Shown here: positions 8,058 through 17,336 of the stretch, piece after piece
How the letters are laid out: every line of letters starts with the position of its first letter
How positions within the stretch are numbered: the stretch's first letter is position 1
UHGV virus genome: UHGV-0415709
DNA from: a virus
Length of the DNA: 45,122 nt
Direction: 5' to 3' (one strand)
Program-made: the position numbers and the translations under genes
The notes under the pieces: model-generated
The model's database searches: none
What the model was told of the DNA's origin: nothing
Seen by the model: the letters and a program-made list of their open reading frames with translations, nothing else

Positions 8058-8438
8058 TTATCGCCTTTCCCAGTAGTATATTGGTATCTCCTGCCCGCTG
8101 TCCCATGTATCCCAGTAATAACCATCCTGCACACACACCACATGCCCTGTAATTGCTAATACGTATGTTCCCATAGGATTATCCTGACAAAAGTTCTCGA
8201 CCGTGTATACATCTTGTCCGTGGTCATCCACTATGTACCGCTTAAACCCATTTTGACGTAGGTATGCACCCCACACATGATTGGCTGATGGCATATCAGA
8301 TAGAGCACACGCACATACAGTCACTCCGGCAAATACCGTTTCCCAGTCGCTATCTAGGGCTTTGGTTATAGCCCGGATAGGGCAGTCCCCTACGCGGGCA
8401 TTTTTAGGATTTGGATTATATGGTTTCCATCTACTCAT
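8058..8438 (-). CDS. hypothetical Cys/His-containing protein (126 aa)
   Basis: GDCPIRAITKAL...W...H pattern weakly reminiscent of papain-like folds; unverified. Confidence 0.35.
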   Translation of the reverse strand: MSRWKPYNPNPKNARVGDCPIRAITKALDSDWETVFAGVTVCACALSDMPSANHVWGAYLRQNGFKRYIVDDHGQDVYTVENFCQDNPMGTYVLAITGHVVCVQDGYYWDTWDSGQEIPIYYWERR

Positions 8439-8601
8439 TTCTATTCTCCATTTTTAAAATATCAAATATTTCTTTACAGGTAGAAATATTCAAAGGTATT
8501 CCCTTTTCTCTATAACCACTCCGCATATAGTAATTTATTACTTCTTTCGGAATTTCCCATGTTTCATCCTTGGGAACGTCATTAAAATTAATTTCGTTCA
8601 T

Positions 8602-9819
8602 TTAATTCCCTTTCACATTCTGATACCGCCGCGCTGCTCCCCTAGCCTTTTCCGCCTGCTCCCGGTTCCATCTGGCAATCTGTAACCGTTCCTGCTGGGT
8701 GCGTAAGTCGTTCGTTTTACAAAATTCGTTGTATGCCTTATTCTGCCGCTGTAACAGATACGACTTGCGGTCAAGGTCAAGCTGCATTTCAAATTTAGTT
8801 GATTCGTCCTTGCATTTATCCACGGCCTCCTGCATCCCCATGACCTCGCGTTTTGTCTTTCTGATGCGCCGTTCAAGCGTTCGCTGCCGCTTCTCCAGCT
8901 GCTCAACCTTGTAATTGTCTGCGGTTTGGATGTCTTTGTATGGATTGTTTACCCCATCACCGCTTCCGAAGGAGTGACGGCAGTTCCATCCACATAACCC
9001 TTCACCTGTTCCGTATCCAGTCTGGGAAAATGGAGGAAAGCCCTTATCCTTTCCGGTCCTGCTGTAAAACTGCCCTTGCCACCATAAATGATTGCCCGGA
9101 TTCTGTCCCCCGTTCCCGGTTCTGGCCCCGATGTGCGCTGACACCAGTATGATATCCCAGTCCATTTCTTCCATACGCTTAATAGAGATATCGCCTGTAG
9201 CCTGGGCTACTCCAGTGCGTACTGCGCGCGCCGTGGCAGTTTCTATGGTGTCTTTATGGCCCGAAGGATAGTGTACTATCACTCCGCCCGATATCACATT
9301 ATTAACTGCCTCTTTGACGGCCTGTGTGTACGATACAGCCCCAGAAGATACAAGGTGGTATGCATTATCACATTCGTTTATAAAAAGCCTTTGTGCGGCT
9401 TCTGCTGTGGTCCTAGTATAGTTTTCCCACTCTCCCATTGTTGCATCCATGTTTCGTTCCATCAGTCGGATAAGCTGCGGAGATTGAGTAAGAGGAATTG
9501 GAGATAAACCAGCAGCTTCATATATTTTATGGTCATATTCCAGGGCCTTGACTCCCGCTTCTTCCATTGCGGCCTTGATTTCTTTTTCCTGTCGCTTAGT
9601 GATTTTGGATAACTCCGCCGTTATGTCCTCCAGCAGATATCCTGCATCCTGCAATATCTGTATTCGCCATCGGTCAGAGGAGGTGAGTAGGTAATCATCG
9701 CCGCGGCCTATGCGTATCATCATGCGGTCTATTATCTGACGGATAATGTAGGTATGAAGCTGGGAGGCTATTTCTTCGCTTCCTTCTGCGATTCTTGCAA
9801 GGTAATCAGGGCTTAACAT
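8602..9819 (-). CDS. head morphogenesis / minor capsid protein (Mu F-like, SPP1 gp7 family)
   Basis: 405 aa downstream of portal; conserved segment GWNCRHSF typical of MuF-like proteins; basic coiled-coil C-terminus. Confidence 0.7.
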   Translation of the reverse strand: MLSPDYLARIAEGSEEIASQLHTYIIRQIIDRMMIRIGRGDDYLLTSSDRWRIQILQDAGYLLEDITAELSKITKRQEKEIKAAMEEAGVKALEYDHKIYEAAGLSPIPLTQSPQLIRLMERNMDATMGEWENYTRTTAEAAQRLFINECDNAYHLVSSGAVSYTQAVKEAVNNVISGGVIVHYPSGHKDTIETATARAVRTGVAQATGDISIKRMEEMDWDIILVSAHIGARTGNGGQNPGNHLWWQGQFYSRTGKDKGFPPFSQTGYGTGEGLCGWNCRHSFGSGDGVNNPYKDIQTADNYKVEQLEKRQRTLERRIRKTKREVMGMQEAVDKCKDESTKFEMQLDLDRKSYLLQRQNKAYNEFCKTNDLRTQQERLQIARWNREQAEKARGAARRYQNVKGN

Positions 9820-9925
9820 TTACTCTTCCTTCTTTCCCTTATGTCTAATCGACCATTCAAATACTTTCGGGGCAAATGGACCAAGTGGTATATTGAATAC
9901 TATCCAAATTAATAAGCTTCTCAAT

Positions 9926-11359
9926 TTATTCCTCCTCAAACATCCTAGGTCCATCCTTCGGCTGTGCTTCCTTTACCATAGCTTTTGCATCTTCTTCGGA
10001 TAATCCTTCAAACTTCCGAAAATACATCCAGGCCGGCACCTTTCCCTGCACAACATACTGCCACCATCTTGCCCGGTCCTCTTCACGGTTATATGTAATG
10101 TCCCCAAAATCATATGTTATTTCGTAGTTGCCGGCGGGTGCCAGTCCGTACAGGTCAGCATATACATTAAGCGCATATATTGCCCCGTCAAGACAACTTT
10201 CCAGTTTGTCGCGCACATCCTTGATTAGCTGTATGGTTCTCCTGTCGTCAGCCTCTACCTGTGTGGCTGTGACCATTCCTGTTTTTTCATCAAGCACAAA
10301 ATACCCATTGGAATATCCACACTTAAATCCCACAAATGAGAGTAGGTTGTTTATTCCGGTAATTCTGATATCAGTATTCAACGATGGAACAATCTCCTGA
10401 TAGAAAGACTCTGTTCCATTTCCAAATACATTTTTAACATAATGAGGAAGCTTTTCATTGCTCATGCCAGCATAACGGCCTTTAATTTTTGTACCGCTTC
10501 CAAACATCAGCTGGTCGTCTGCCAATATAATCTTCTCACTGTCAAATATTTCACCCACGTTCCGGCTATATGCCACATCCAGGTCCTTTAATTCCTCTAT
10601 GGCCTCGGCATACATCGGTAATCCCAAAGGTGATGAAATATCCAAATTATTAGCCTGTGGAGTGCGGAGTATGCCAAACATGGGACTATCTATTTTCTCG
10701 TTGTTTGCTTTAAGTATAGGTGGAGTCTCTGGAAGTAAGTCGGACCACTTAGTCCTATTTAATGCTATCGGGTCCCCCACACTTTTTGCAGAGTGAGACA
10801 CATAGGCTCTATTGGATATGTAATATGGGTAATAGGTGTTTTCTCCATCCTTGACCTCGACAAACCTATGATACTCAAATCGGGTATAATACTTGTCGTT
10901 CTCGCTATAACTATCCTTAAATACGATTCCGTATATACCTTCATTGTCGCAGTCTGTAATGATAAAATCCATTGGAGTGAATATGTCCAGTCCCTTACCA
11001 TTTGGCTTAAGGATGATTGTGCCGTAGGCCATACCATATTCTACCCAGTGACGAATCTGGAAATATATCTTATCAACCTGCTCCTGGAGCCATTCCGCCC
11101 GCGCGCTCCCATCAATCTGTATTCCGATTGCCAGGGTAGCAAGCCGGGCCGTCTCTGAACATATAGCCTTTGCAAAATTGATTGTCTTAACGTTATCGTC
11201 AGCACTTACCCAATAGGGAGTACCCCGGTAGATATTGGCGCACTCTGTAATCTTGCTTTCCATCTCCGGGGATACCACTGATTCAACGTTAAAATCTTCC
11301 TCTGCCTGTCGCTTGAATATCATTCCTATCACCTTTTTAGCCCATGTTATTAGTCCCAT
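9926..11359 (-). CDS. portal protein
   Basis: 477 aa between terminase large subunit and MuF-like gene; acidic C-terminus; size and order typical of SPP1-type portal. Confidence 0.75.
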   Translation of the reverse strand: MGLITWAKKVIGMIFKRQAEEDFNVESVVSPEMESKITECANIYRGTPYWVSADDNVKTINFAKAICSETARLATLAIGIQIDGSARAEWLQEQVDKIYFQIRHWVEYGMAYGTIILKPNGKGLDIFTPMDFIITDCDNEGIYGIVFKDSYSENDKYYTRFEYHRFVEVKDGENTYYPYYISNRAYVSHSAKSVGDPIALNRTKWSDLLPETPPILKANNEKIDSPMFGILRTPQANNLDISSPLGLPMYAEAIEELKDLDVAYSRNVGEIFDSEKIILADDQLMFGSGTKIKGRYAGMSNEKLPHYVKNVFGNGTESFYQEIVPSLNTDIRITGINNLLSFVGFKCGYSNGYFVLDEKTGMVTATQVEADDRRTIQLIKDVRDKLESCLDGAIYALNVYADLYGLAPAGNYEITYDFGDITYNREEDRARWWQYVVQGKVPAWMYFRKFEGLSEEDAKAMVKEAQPKDGPRMFEEE

Positions 11360-11368
11360 TTAGTCACC

Positions 11369-11578
11369 TTATGCCAAGAAATACCCATTTTCCTTTGCCG
11401 TATTCCATTCTGTTTCCCTAAATACCAATTCCGTTTTGTCTTTCTGTCCATAGCAATCATATTCCAGAAAAACTTTCAGTAGTTTTTCCTTAGATGGTTT
11501 TCCGAACTTTTTTTCATATTCCTCTGTTATATCTTCAATTTTATAGACAGACAAAATAAAATGTTCTAATACATTCAT
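11369..11578 (-). CDS. hypothetical protein (69 aa)
   Basis: ORF between terL and portal; ATGA overlap with terL stop. Confidence 0.4.
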   Translation of the reverse strand: MNVLEHFILSVYKIEDITEEYEKKFGKPSKEKLLKVFLEYDCYGQKDKTELVFRETEWNTAKENGYFLA

Positions 11579-12837
11579 TATGCGCTGTTCCCCCTTCTCA
11601 TTGATAATGGGCTTGTGGCATAGCGGAGTGCATCAATCCAGTGGTCGTTTCCATCCGGGTAATCCGATATCACCTCACCGTTGCTGTCAACCTCATGCTC
11701 ATATTCTATGATTTCTTTGTATGCCCGCGGTGTACGTGCCGGGTCTATAACGATTGTACGGCATTGCAACCATTCAAATGTATATTTTCTGCTCCCAGGT
11801 CCAGCAGACGCATCCCTGGCCGGAAGTCCCGCATCTCGAAAATCTATAACAAATTCATCATCATCCAATCCGCAGTATATCATATAGTCATCGTATCCAG
11901 CTTTTTTGATTTGTTTTGCCATTTCTTTTACTCGGATTTTGCATCCTCCCAATTCGTCTAATAAGATAATTTTTTCTTTGTTTGGCACATAAGCTGCACG
12001 AATAAATGCTTTAGGGTCAGGCCACCATCCCCAGTCCTGCCCTTGATATATGCTTTCGTATTTCTGTATTTCTTCATCCGTGATTGTTCTAATTTCCAGC
12101 ATATCAAATATATTTGTGCCAAGCCCAACCGGCAAACCTAAATACTCGTGGTTATATGCCCGCTCATTAGTGGCTTTAAGATGTTCAGCGCGTTCAATAA
12201 ACTTTTCTCCCAGCCATTCAATCGGCACAGAACGGTAATCGCTTTTATGCCTATACGCGCTATCGTCTGGAGTATTCACATACTGATTAGCCCAGTTGCT
12301 TTGACTGATAGGCGGGTTGAAGGATTTAAATACAACAAACTTGCTGCCACCACGCAATACTGACTGCTCAACAGTTCGTATTTCTTCCGGTCCTGCAAAT
12401 TCGTCCAGTTCCTCGAACCATAGATATTTAAAGTATCCTTTACTGGCTTTTATAGATTTTGTTTTCTTTGCCTTGTCAAGTCCACGGAATATTATTTTTT
12501 GTCCTGTCGGCTTATAAACAAATCGGTATGGACTTGTACGGGATTCCCATAAGTCTGTTACACCCAATGCATCTATGGCCCACTGTATCTGCTCAAAGAC
12601 TGATTCTCCAATGGTTACGGCATATTTACGGAATATAACAGCATTGGCCTCTGGGTCGTCCATCATACCTAGCACAATCTCCGCTGATATAAAAGAGGAC
12701 TTTGCGGAACCTCGCCCGCCGTACAGGTCGTAATATGTATGATTACCGTCCAGAATATCCCAGTGAACGTCATAGAAGGATGGGGCGATTACGTCAGTCA
12801 GATTTATTGTTGTCTGGTCTTGGTATGTTGTTGACAA
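11578..12837 (-). CDS. terL: terminase large subunit
   Basis: Walker A-like GGRGSAKS near N-terminus; C-terminal nuclease-like acidic motifs; follows terS. Confidence 0.8.
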   Translation of the reverse strand: MSTTYQDQTTINLTDVIAPSFYDVHWDILDGNHTYYDLYGGRGSAKSSFISAEIVLGMMDDPEANAVIFRKYAVTIGESVFEQIQWAIDALGVTDLWESRTSPYRFVYKPTGQKIIFRGLDKAKKTKSIKASKGYFKYLWFEELDEFAGPEEIRTVEQSVLRGGSKFVVFKSFNPPISQSNWANQYVNTPDDSAYRHKSDYRSVPIEWLGEKFIERAEHLKATNERAYNHEYLGLPVGLGTNIFDMLEIRTITDEEIQKYESIYQGQDWGWWPDPKAFIRAAYVPNKEKIILLDELGGCKIRVKEMAKQIKKAGYDDYMIYCGLDDDEFVIDFRDAGLPARDASAGPGSRKYTFEWLQCRTIVIDPARTPRAYKEIIEYEHEVDSNGEVISDYPDGNDHWIDALRYATSPLSMRRGNSA

Positions 12838-13192
12838 TGGTAATCCCGCCGCCCTCCTGCTTCTTATCTGTATCTATCTTGCGCTTTGCCAGTTCCACCG
12901 CTGCTTTGGTTCTCTCTGCCAGTGGAGCATCAAGTCCGAATTGGTCCTTGACCTCTCCACGCATTACGGAGGTAAGATATTGTAATATTTCAGCAGCATC
13001 AGCTATGCGGCAATCATCAATTTGTTTCTGCCGTTCAGAGATATATGCAGCAACCGTAGGCTTCCGTAAGTTTTCACGTCCTATTGCGTCTGCTGTCCGT
13101 AAGCTATAACCAGCCTTTCTCGCAGCTTCTGCCGCATTACCGCACTCTATGTAATAATCTGCAAACGCTTTCTGCTTCGGTGTAAGCTCCAC
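12794..13192 (-). CDS. terS: terminase small subunit (HTH type)
   Basis: LTPKQKAFADYYIECGNAAEAARKAGYS HTH typical of terS; overlaps terL start. Confidence 0.65.
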   Translation of the reverse strand: MELTPKQKAFADYYIECGNAAEAARKAGYSLRTADAIGRENLRKPTVAAYISERQKQIDDCRIADAAEILQYLTSVMRGEVKDQFGLDAPLAERTKAAVELAKRKIDTDKKQEGGGITIVNNIPRPDNNKSD

Positions 13193-13405
13193 TTAACCAC
13201 CGTCCTTACAATTCCATTTATCAATTTTAGGGCATCCAGAAGGATATATACCTAACATGGTTGATGTCAGCACAGGAGAATTGCACGCCGGATTTTTACA
13301 AAACCATGTACTATCATATTTACATTGTGTTCCTTTTTCTCCTGTTCCTTTGCAAGCTATGATTTCTCCCATGTTTTTACTTCCTCCCATATCTCCTGCA
13401 AGCAC
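13193..13405 (-). CDS. Cys-rich mini-protein (70 aa, GTG start in track)
   Basis: 8 Cys in 70 aa (CKGTGEKGTQCKYDSTWFCKNPACNSP...CPKIDKWNC). Confidence 0.35.
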   Translation of the reverse strand: MLAGDMGGSKNMGEIIACKGTGEKGTQCKYDSTWFCKNPACNSPVLTSTMLGIYPSGCPKIDKWNCKDGG

Positions 13406-13671
13406 TTCACAATCTCAATCCCCGATGCACTCCGCAGTATCTCATAATCCCTGGTTTTCCACTCCCCATGCTTATCCTGTTGTAGTACAGGGGTGCTTAA
13501 TATCCATACGGTTATCATGCGCCCCTGTTCCTCGCTGTAGAATTGGCTGGTGGATATCTTGATTACAAGTCTGGTCTGCAATATGGCGCGCTGGAGCTTT
13601 TTCATAATTGAGCTAAGATTCATTTTTGCTTTCTGCCTCACGGTATTCTTTGCATACTTCCATATGCGCAC
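13357..13671 (-). CDS. hypothetical protein
   Basis: ORF only; true start probably internal (MNLSSIMKK...). Confidence 0.3.
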   Translation of the reverse strand: MRIWKYAKNTVRQKAKMNLSSIMKKLQRAILQTRLVIKISTSQFYSEEQGRMITVWILSTPVLQQDKHGEWKTRDYEILRSASGIEIVKCLQEIWEEVKTWEKS

Positions 13672-13933
13672 ACCAGATAGTAGCCGTTGTTTTTCTTGTA
13701 ATATTAGAATTCAACGTGTTTCTATATGTTTCAGTTTTATTCTCTGCTCTCGCATCAATGTATATACAGTTTTCACAGCATTCTTTCAATAGGTTAATAA
13801 CCATATCTGCACCTCATGCAATATAATAGTCCTATACTAATTTTACCATGTACAGGTTAATCAAACCGTCCCCACATTTATGCATATCCATTCATCGTTC
13901 CTACTTGCATCCACTTTTTATCAGAATAATTTC

Positions 13934-14182
13934 CTATCGATAAATATATCCACTTGTCGGATACTCAACTATTGCTAAAATTAGTGATTCTCCATATTTT
14001 TTTCTAACCTGCTCATAAATATCCTGAAGATTCAGCATTTCATCCCCTTCACACTCTCTCCATTCTGGTATAAATAAAACATCTTCTGGCATTCCATTTT
14101 GATATGGAGATACGATAATTCTTAAACTTGCTCCTCCCATCCTATAGAATTTTACTTCATCTGGTTTTTCTATTGATTTCAT
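13934..14182 (-). CDS. hypothetical protein (82 aa)
   Basis: ORF only. Confidence 0.35.
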   Translation of the reverse strand: MKSIEKPDEVKFYRMGGASLRIIVSPYQNGMPEDVLFIPEWRECEGDEMLNLQDIYEQVRKKYGESLILAIVEYPTSGYIYR

Positions 14183-14345
14183 TTTTTTATTTCCTCCATT
14201 TTCTCCGCAATGTTTTCAAGCATTACCATATCTTCACCGGTTAATTTATTACTGGCTTCTATAACCAACCTTAAGGCATATAAAAACTCTGTTACCCGTA
14301 TAGTGCTATTAGTATTAATCATCCTTTCCACCTCCAAGACAATGC

Positions 14346-14747
14346 TTATTCATCCATCAATAGTTCTGGATTATCAAATATGTTTCCTATAATATCAATT
14401 CTGTTTTCCATTCCTTTCAGTGGGCCTTTATATTTTCCTCCAATTATATTGATTTCAAATCCCCCATTCTCAAATACCACTTTTGCTTTAAAACAATAAT
14501 CACCTATATAATTACCTAAATGTTGAATAATATCATTTTCAAAAATCCTTATTCCTAATATGTTATCTATTCCACTATATTCACATATAGTTTCTGGAAA
14601 AACCTTATAATTATCAATTTCTTCTTGCGGTATATTTTGAATTATGTATGTTCCGTTATCAGTATGCAACAAATTTCCGTAAATCCATTCTCCTGTTTCT
14701 ACCTTTTTTCCTCTAAATAAAATATCTCTCATACCTATCCTTTCCAC
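14346..14747 (-). CDS. YopX-family phage protein
   Basis: ILFRGKKVETGEWIYGNLL...FENGGFEINIIGGKYKG matches YopX pattern. Confidence 0.6.
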   Translation of the reverse strand: MERIGMRDILFRGKKVETGEWIYGNLLHTDNGTYIIQNIPQEEIDNYKVFPETICEYSGIDNILGIRIFENDIIQHLGNYIGDYCFKAKVVFENGGFEINIIGGKYKGPLKGMENRIDIIGNIFDNPELLMDE

Positions 14748-15037
14748 CTTCCAAACAATGTCATCAACCGCCTATATTCATCCAGCGTTTTTCTTTGATA
14801 CCCGTAAAAATCATCCCGTTTGATTGGTATATTCTTTCGCTTGCTCAGCTTGTCATATCCGATATTACTTACAAGGCTTTCGTATATCTCCACCTCCAGG
14901 CCAGGAGCGGAGGATATGGCACACTGGAACAATGTTAGCTTATCTTCTACGCTGGCGGTCTGGCAGTATTCTTTTATGCGTTTGGCTTCATCATCGGTAA
15001 TGCCATAATCACTATAGTTCTTGTCCCTGGTCCTCAT
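14735..15037 (-). CDS. hypothetical protein (100 aa)
   Basis: ORF only. Confidence 0.35.
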   Translation of the reverse strand: MRTRDKNYSDYGITDDEAKRIKEYCQTASVEDKLTLFQCAISSAPGLEVEIYESLVSNIGYDKLSKRKNIPIKRDDFYGYQRKTLDEYRRLMTLFGRWKG

Positions 15038-15048
15038 AGCCCTCCTTC

Positions 15049-16095
15049 TTACACATTAACTCTTTCTCTTACTGAACGAAGAGTGCGCGGGTTAGACTGT
15101 GCATAATAACGTGCCGTAACTCCTGGGTCAGCATGTCCCATAATTTCCTGTATGGTCCCAATATCAACTCCTCTGTTTTTCAGATTCATTCCCAGCGTCT
15201 TACGTGACTTATGCGGATATACCCGACATGTTAGGCCGGCTCTCTTTCTTATGGTTTTCAATATCGCCCGAAATCCACAAGTAGTCATCTTTCCATACGG
15301 TTTTCTGGAGCGCGGGAACATATATGGACAATCATCTTTCCTGCTGTCCAAATACAGGCTATAGTAATACCGCGCATCATCATCCAGATAGATTGTCCGA
15401 TATCTTCCGCTTTTCTCTCCCTGTATCCAAATATCGCCGGTTCTCATGTCTATCTGGTCCAGGGTTATTTCCGCAATCTCACCTATCCTGGCTCCAGTAC
15501 TGCGAAGTACCTCCAGCAAGGCCCTCTCACGGATATTTTTGCACGCATCCCTTAACCTTGCAGATTCTTCCGGGCTGTAGTAATCAATTGGTTTAATGGG
15601 TACTTTCTTAGCTGGGATAGGTTCTACTGGATTGTCTGTAATTAATTTTTCAAGGCGCATCCATGTAAAGAAGGCTGACAGAAATCGGCGCTCGTTATTA
15701 TAGGTACTGGGTTGGTTTTTCTTTCCTCCTCTGGACACATTTCTGATTTCATATCGCGATAAATACCAATCAATATCAGTGGTATCCATCCGGTCCAGTG
15801 ATTTTGTGCTTATCTCTGTCAGCAATCTTCGTATGGAATTAAGATAGTTTTCTTTGGTTCCTCTTGCCAAATCACGCTTTTTTATCAGGAACAACTGTAT
15901 TATGTACTGATTCCTCTGGCTTATATCATCCTTTCTTTCTGCTGGGAGTGTAGTTATTTCCTCCATATTGACTCTAACTAATTCCTGTTGCATCACATTT
16001 TGCAGAATGGTAAGAGTCTGCTGCTCCATGATATATAAGGCCATTGCTACCAGTACATTGTTGATTATTTCAGCTTTTATTGTCTGTGTACTCAT
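15049..16095 (-). CDS. tyrosine site-specific recombinase (second integrase/Xer-like), located among early genes
   Basis: Catalytic motifs R..IGEIAEITLDQID, HKSRKTLGMNL, MGHADPGVTARYYAQ; probable start ATG 16095 (MSTQTIK, RBS gaggagga) rather than track start 16197. Confidence 0.7.
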   Translation of the reverse strand: MSTQTIKAEIINNVLVAMALYIMEQQTLTILQNVMQQELVRVNMEEITTLPAERKDDISQRNQYIIQLFLIKKRDLARGTKENYLNSIRRLLTEISTKSLDRMDTTDIDWYLSRYEIRNVSRGGKKNQPSTYNNERRFLSAFFTWMRLEKLITDNPVEPIPAKKVPIKPIDYYSPEESARLRDACKNIRERALLEVLRSTGARIGEIAEITLDQIDMRTGDIWIQGEKSGRYRTIYLDDDARYYYSLYLDSRKDDCPYMFPRSRKPYGKMTTCGFRAILKTIRKRAGLTCRVYPHKSRKTLGMNLKNRGVDIGTIQEIMGHADPGVTARYYAQSNPRTLRSVRERVNV

Positions 16096-16127
16096 AATTA
16101 TATCCTCCTCATTCGTATTGATTTTCA

Positions 16128-16157
16128 CGTCTGAGTAAGGTATGATATACTCAGACG
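16128..16157. promoter_or_regulatory. perfect 10-bp inverted repeat CGTCTGAGTA-N10-TACTCAGACG upstream of recombinase start
   Basis: cgtctgagta 16128-16137, tactcagacg 16148-16157; no U-tract after it on minus strand, so operator or RNA structure rather than canonical terminator. Confidence 0.4.
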
Positions 16158-16263
16158 TATTTACGGGAGCGGTGGAATCATCTTGGCGAGTGACCACCGC
16201 TCAGTTTTTATTCTGTGCATATAATTTGTTCCTCAATTTGTTTTTTCTTAGGTTTAGAAAATG

Positions 16264-16425
16264 TTAATTTTTAGAATCAATATAATCGCTTCTCACTTCG
16301 TCAAAATTATGACATTCATCCTCTGTTTCCTCGCAGCAATTATTGTATCCGTAACACCTTATACACTCCTTGCAGGTCTCGCCAATATCAAAACCAAAAT
16401 CCAGTATTTCATTCATGGTAATCAT
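16264..16425 (-). CDS. Cys-rich mini-protein, 53 aa (below ORF-track cutoff)
   Basis: ATG 16425 with RBS ccaggagg; MITMNEILDFGFDIGETCKECIRCYGYNNCCEETEDECHNFDEVRSDYIDSKN; stop TAA 16264-16266. Confidence 0.4.
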   Translation of the reverse strand: MITMNEILDFGFDIGETCKECIRCYGYNNCCEETEDECHNFDEVRSDYIDSKN

Positions 16426-16453
16426 ATTTTTTCCTCCTGGTTTCCTGGAAATC

Positions 16454-16630
16454 CTAATCTACTGAATAACACAAATACTCTATAGATAAACTCACGCCCA
16501 TTTCCCTGCCACACTTTGGACACTCCACGACACCAGCGTCCATATTTGAGTTGCAAGCCTGCTTACCATCAAAAACGTGATGGCAATAGATGCACTCACA
16601 ATCATCAATCCTCTGTGTATTGTCTGGCAT
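16454..16630 (-). CDS. zinc-ribbon mini-protein, 58 aa (below ORF-track cutoff)
   Basis: ATG 16630 with RBS agaggtgaag; MPDNTQRIDDCECIYCHHVFDGKQACNSNMDAGVVECPKCGREMGVSLSIEYLCYSVD. Confidence 0.4.
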   Translation of the reverse strand: MPDNTQRIDDCECIYCHHVFDGKQACNSNMDAGVVECPKCGREMGVSLSIEYLCYSVD

Positions 16631-16863
16631 ATCTTCACCTCTTTTATTACTAAAAATGTTAATCTACTGCCCCATAGATAAAGGGCAAATACAAAAGTCC
16701 CATAATGTCGTCAACTACCCTCGGCTGTATCTGGTGGTATATTAATAGCTCCAAACCTTGCCATACTAAAGCAAGCACTATGTACCACCAGCATGTTTTT
16801 AATATCTTATCCACTGCCAGTACCTCCGTTTAGTAAATCATAAATTTCAGTTTTGGTGCACAA

Positions 16864-17049
16864 TCATGCACCTATTTTATAGGTTGCTCCCAGAGCTTTG
16901 AGCACCTTATCGGCCACCTCCACACTCATATCCCTACCCTGCTCCCAATAGATAAGGGAGCGCTTAGACACTCCGGCGGCCTTCGCCAGCTTTGCATGGG
17001 ATAGGCCCTGCTGTTCACGCTGCTCTTTTAAATACTCTCCGACCTTCAT
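16864..17049 (-). CDS. XRE-family HTH regulator (Cro/CI-like, ~61 aa)
   Basis: MKVGEYLKEQREQQGLSHAKLAKAAGVSKRSLIYWEQG HTH; RBS gaaaggag before ATG 17049; flanked by inverted repeats. Confidence 0.6.
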   Translation of the reverse strand: MKVGEYLKEQREQQGLSHAKLAKAAGVSKRSLIYWEQGRDMSVEVADKVLKALGATYKIGA

Positions 17050-17115
17050 ATGTACACGCTCCTTTCTATGTTCTATTTGTTCTCTCACAACTACCACAAA
17101 TTTCAGTTTTGTGGA

Positions 17116-17331
17116 TTAAAGCTTATGCCCGCAGTACGGACAATACGCAATTCCATCAGCTGTATTTCCGTGTTTTTCGCTCCACCTCACCCAGTACCAA
17201 TGTAAATCACTGAGCTGTTGGACAGCGATTTGTTGCTTTTTCAAACCCGCATTATATTTTTCCAGCACTTTGCACTCGTGGCTCTCTATTACTTCCATAG
17301 GTCTGCTCATAATCTTCCCTTCCTCCGTCAA
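17116..17331 (-). CDS. small protein with C-terminal zinc ribbon (CPYC)
   Basis: 71 aa; TTAAAACATTTGACGGAGG motif upstream. Confidence 0.4.
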   Translation of the reverse strand: MTEEGKIMSRPMEVIESHECKVLEKYNAGLKKQQIAVQQLSDLHWYWVRWSEKHGNTADGIAYCPYCGHKL

Positions 17332-17336
17332 ATGTT

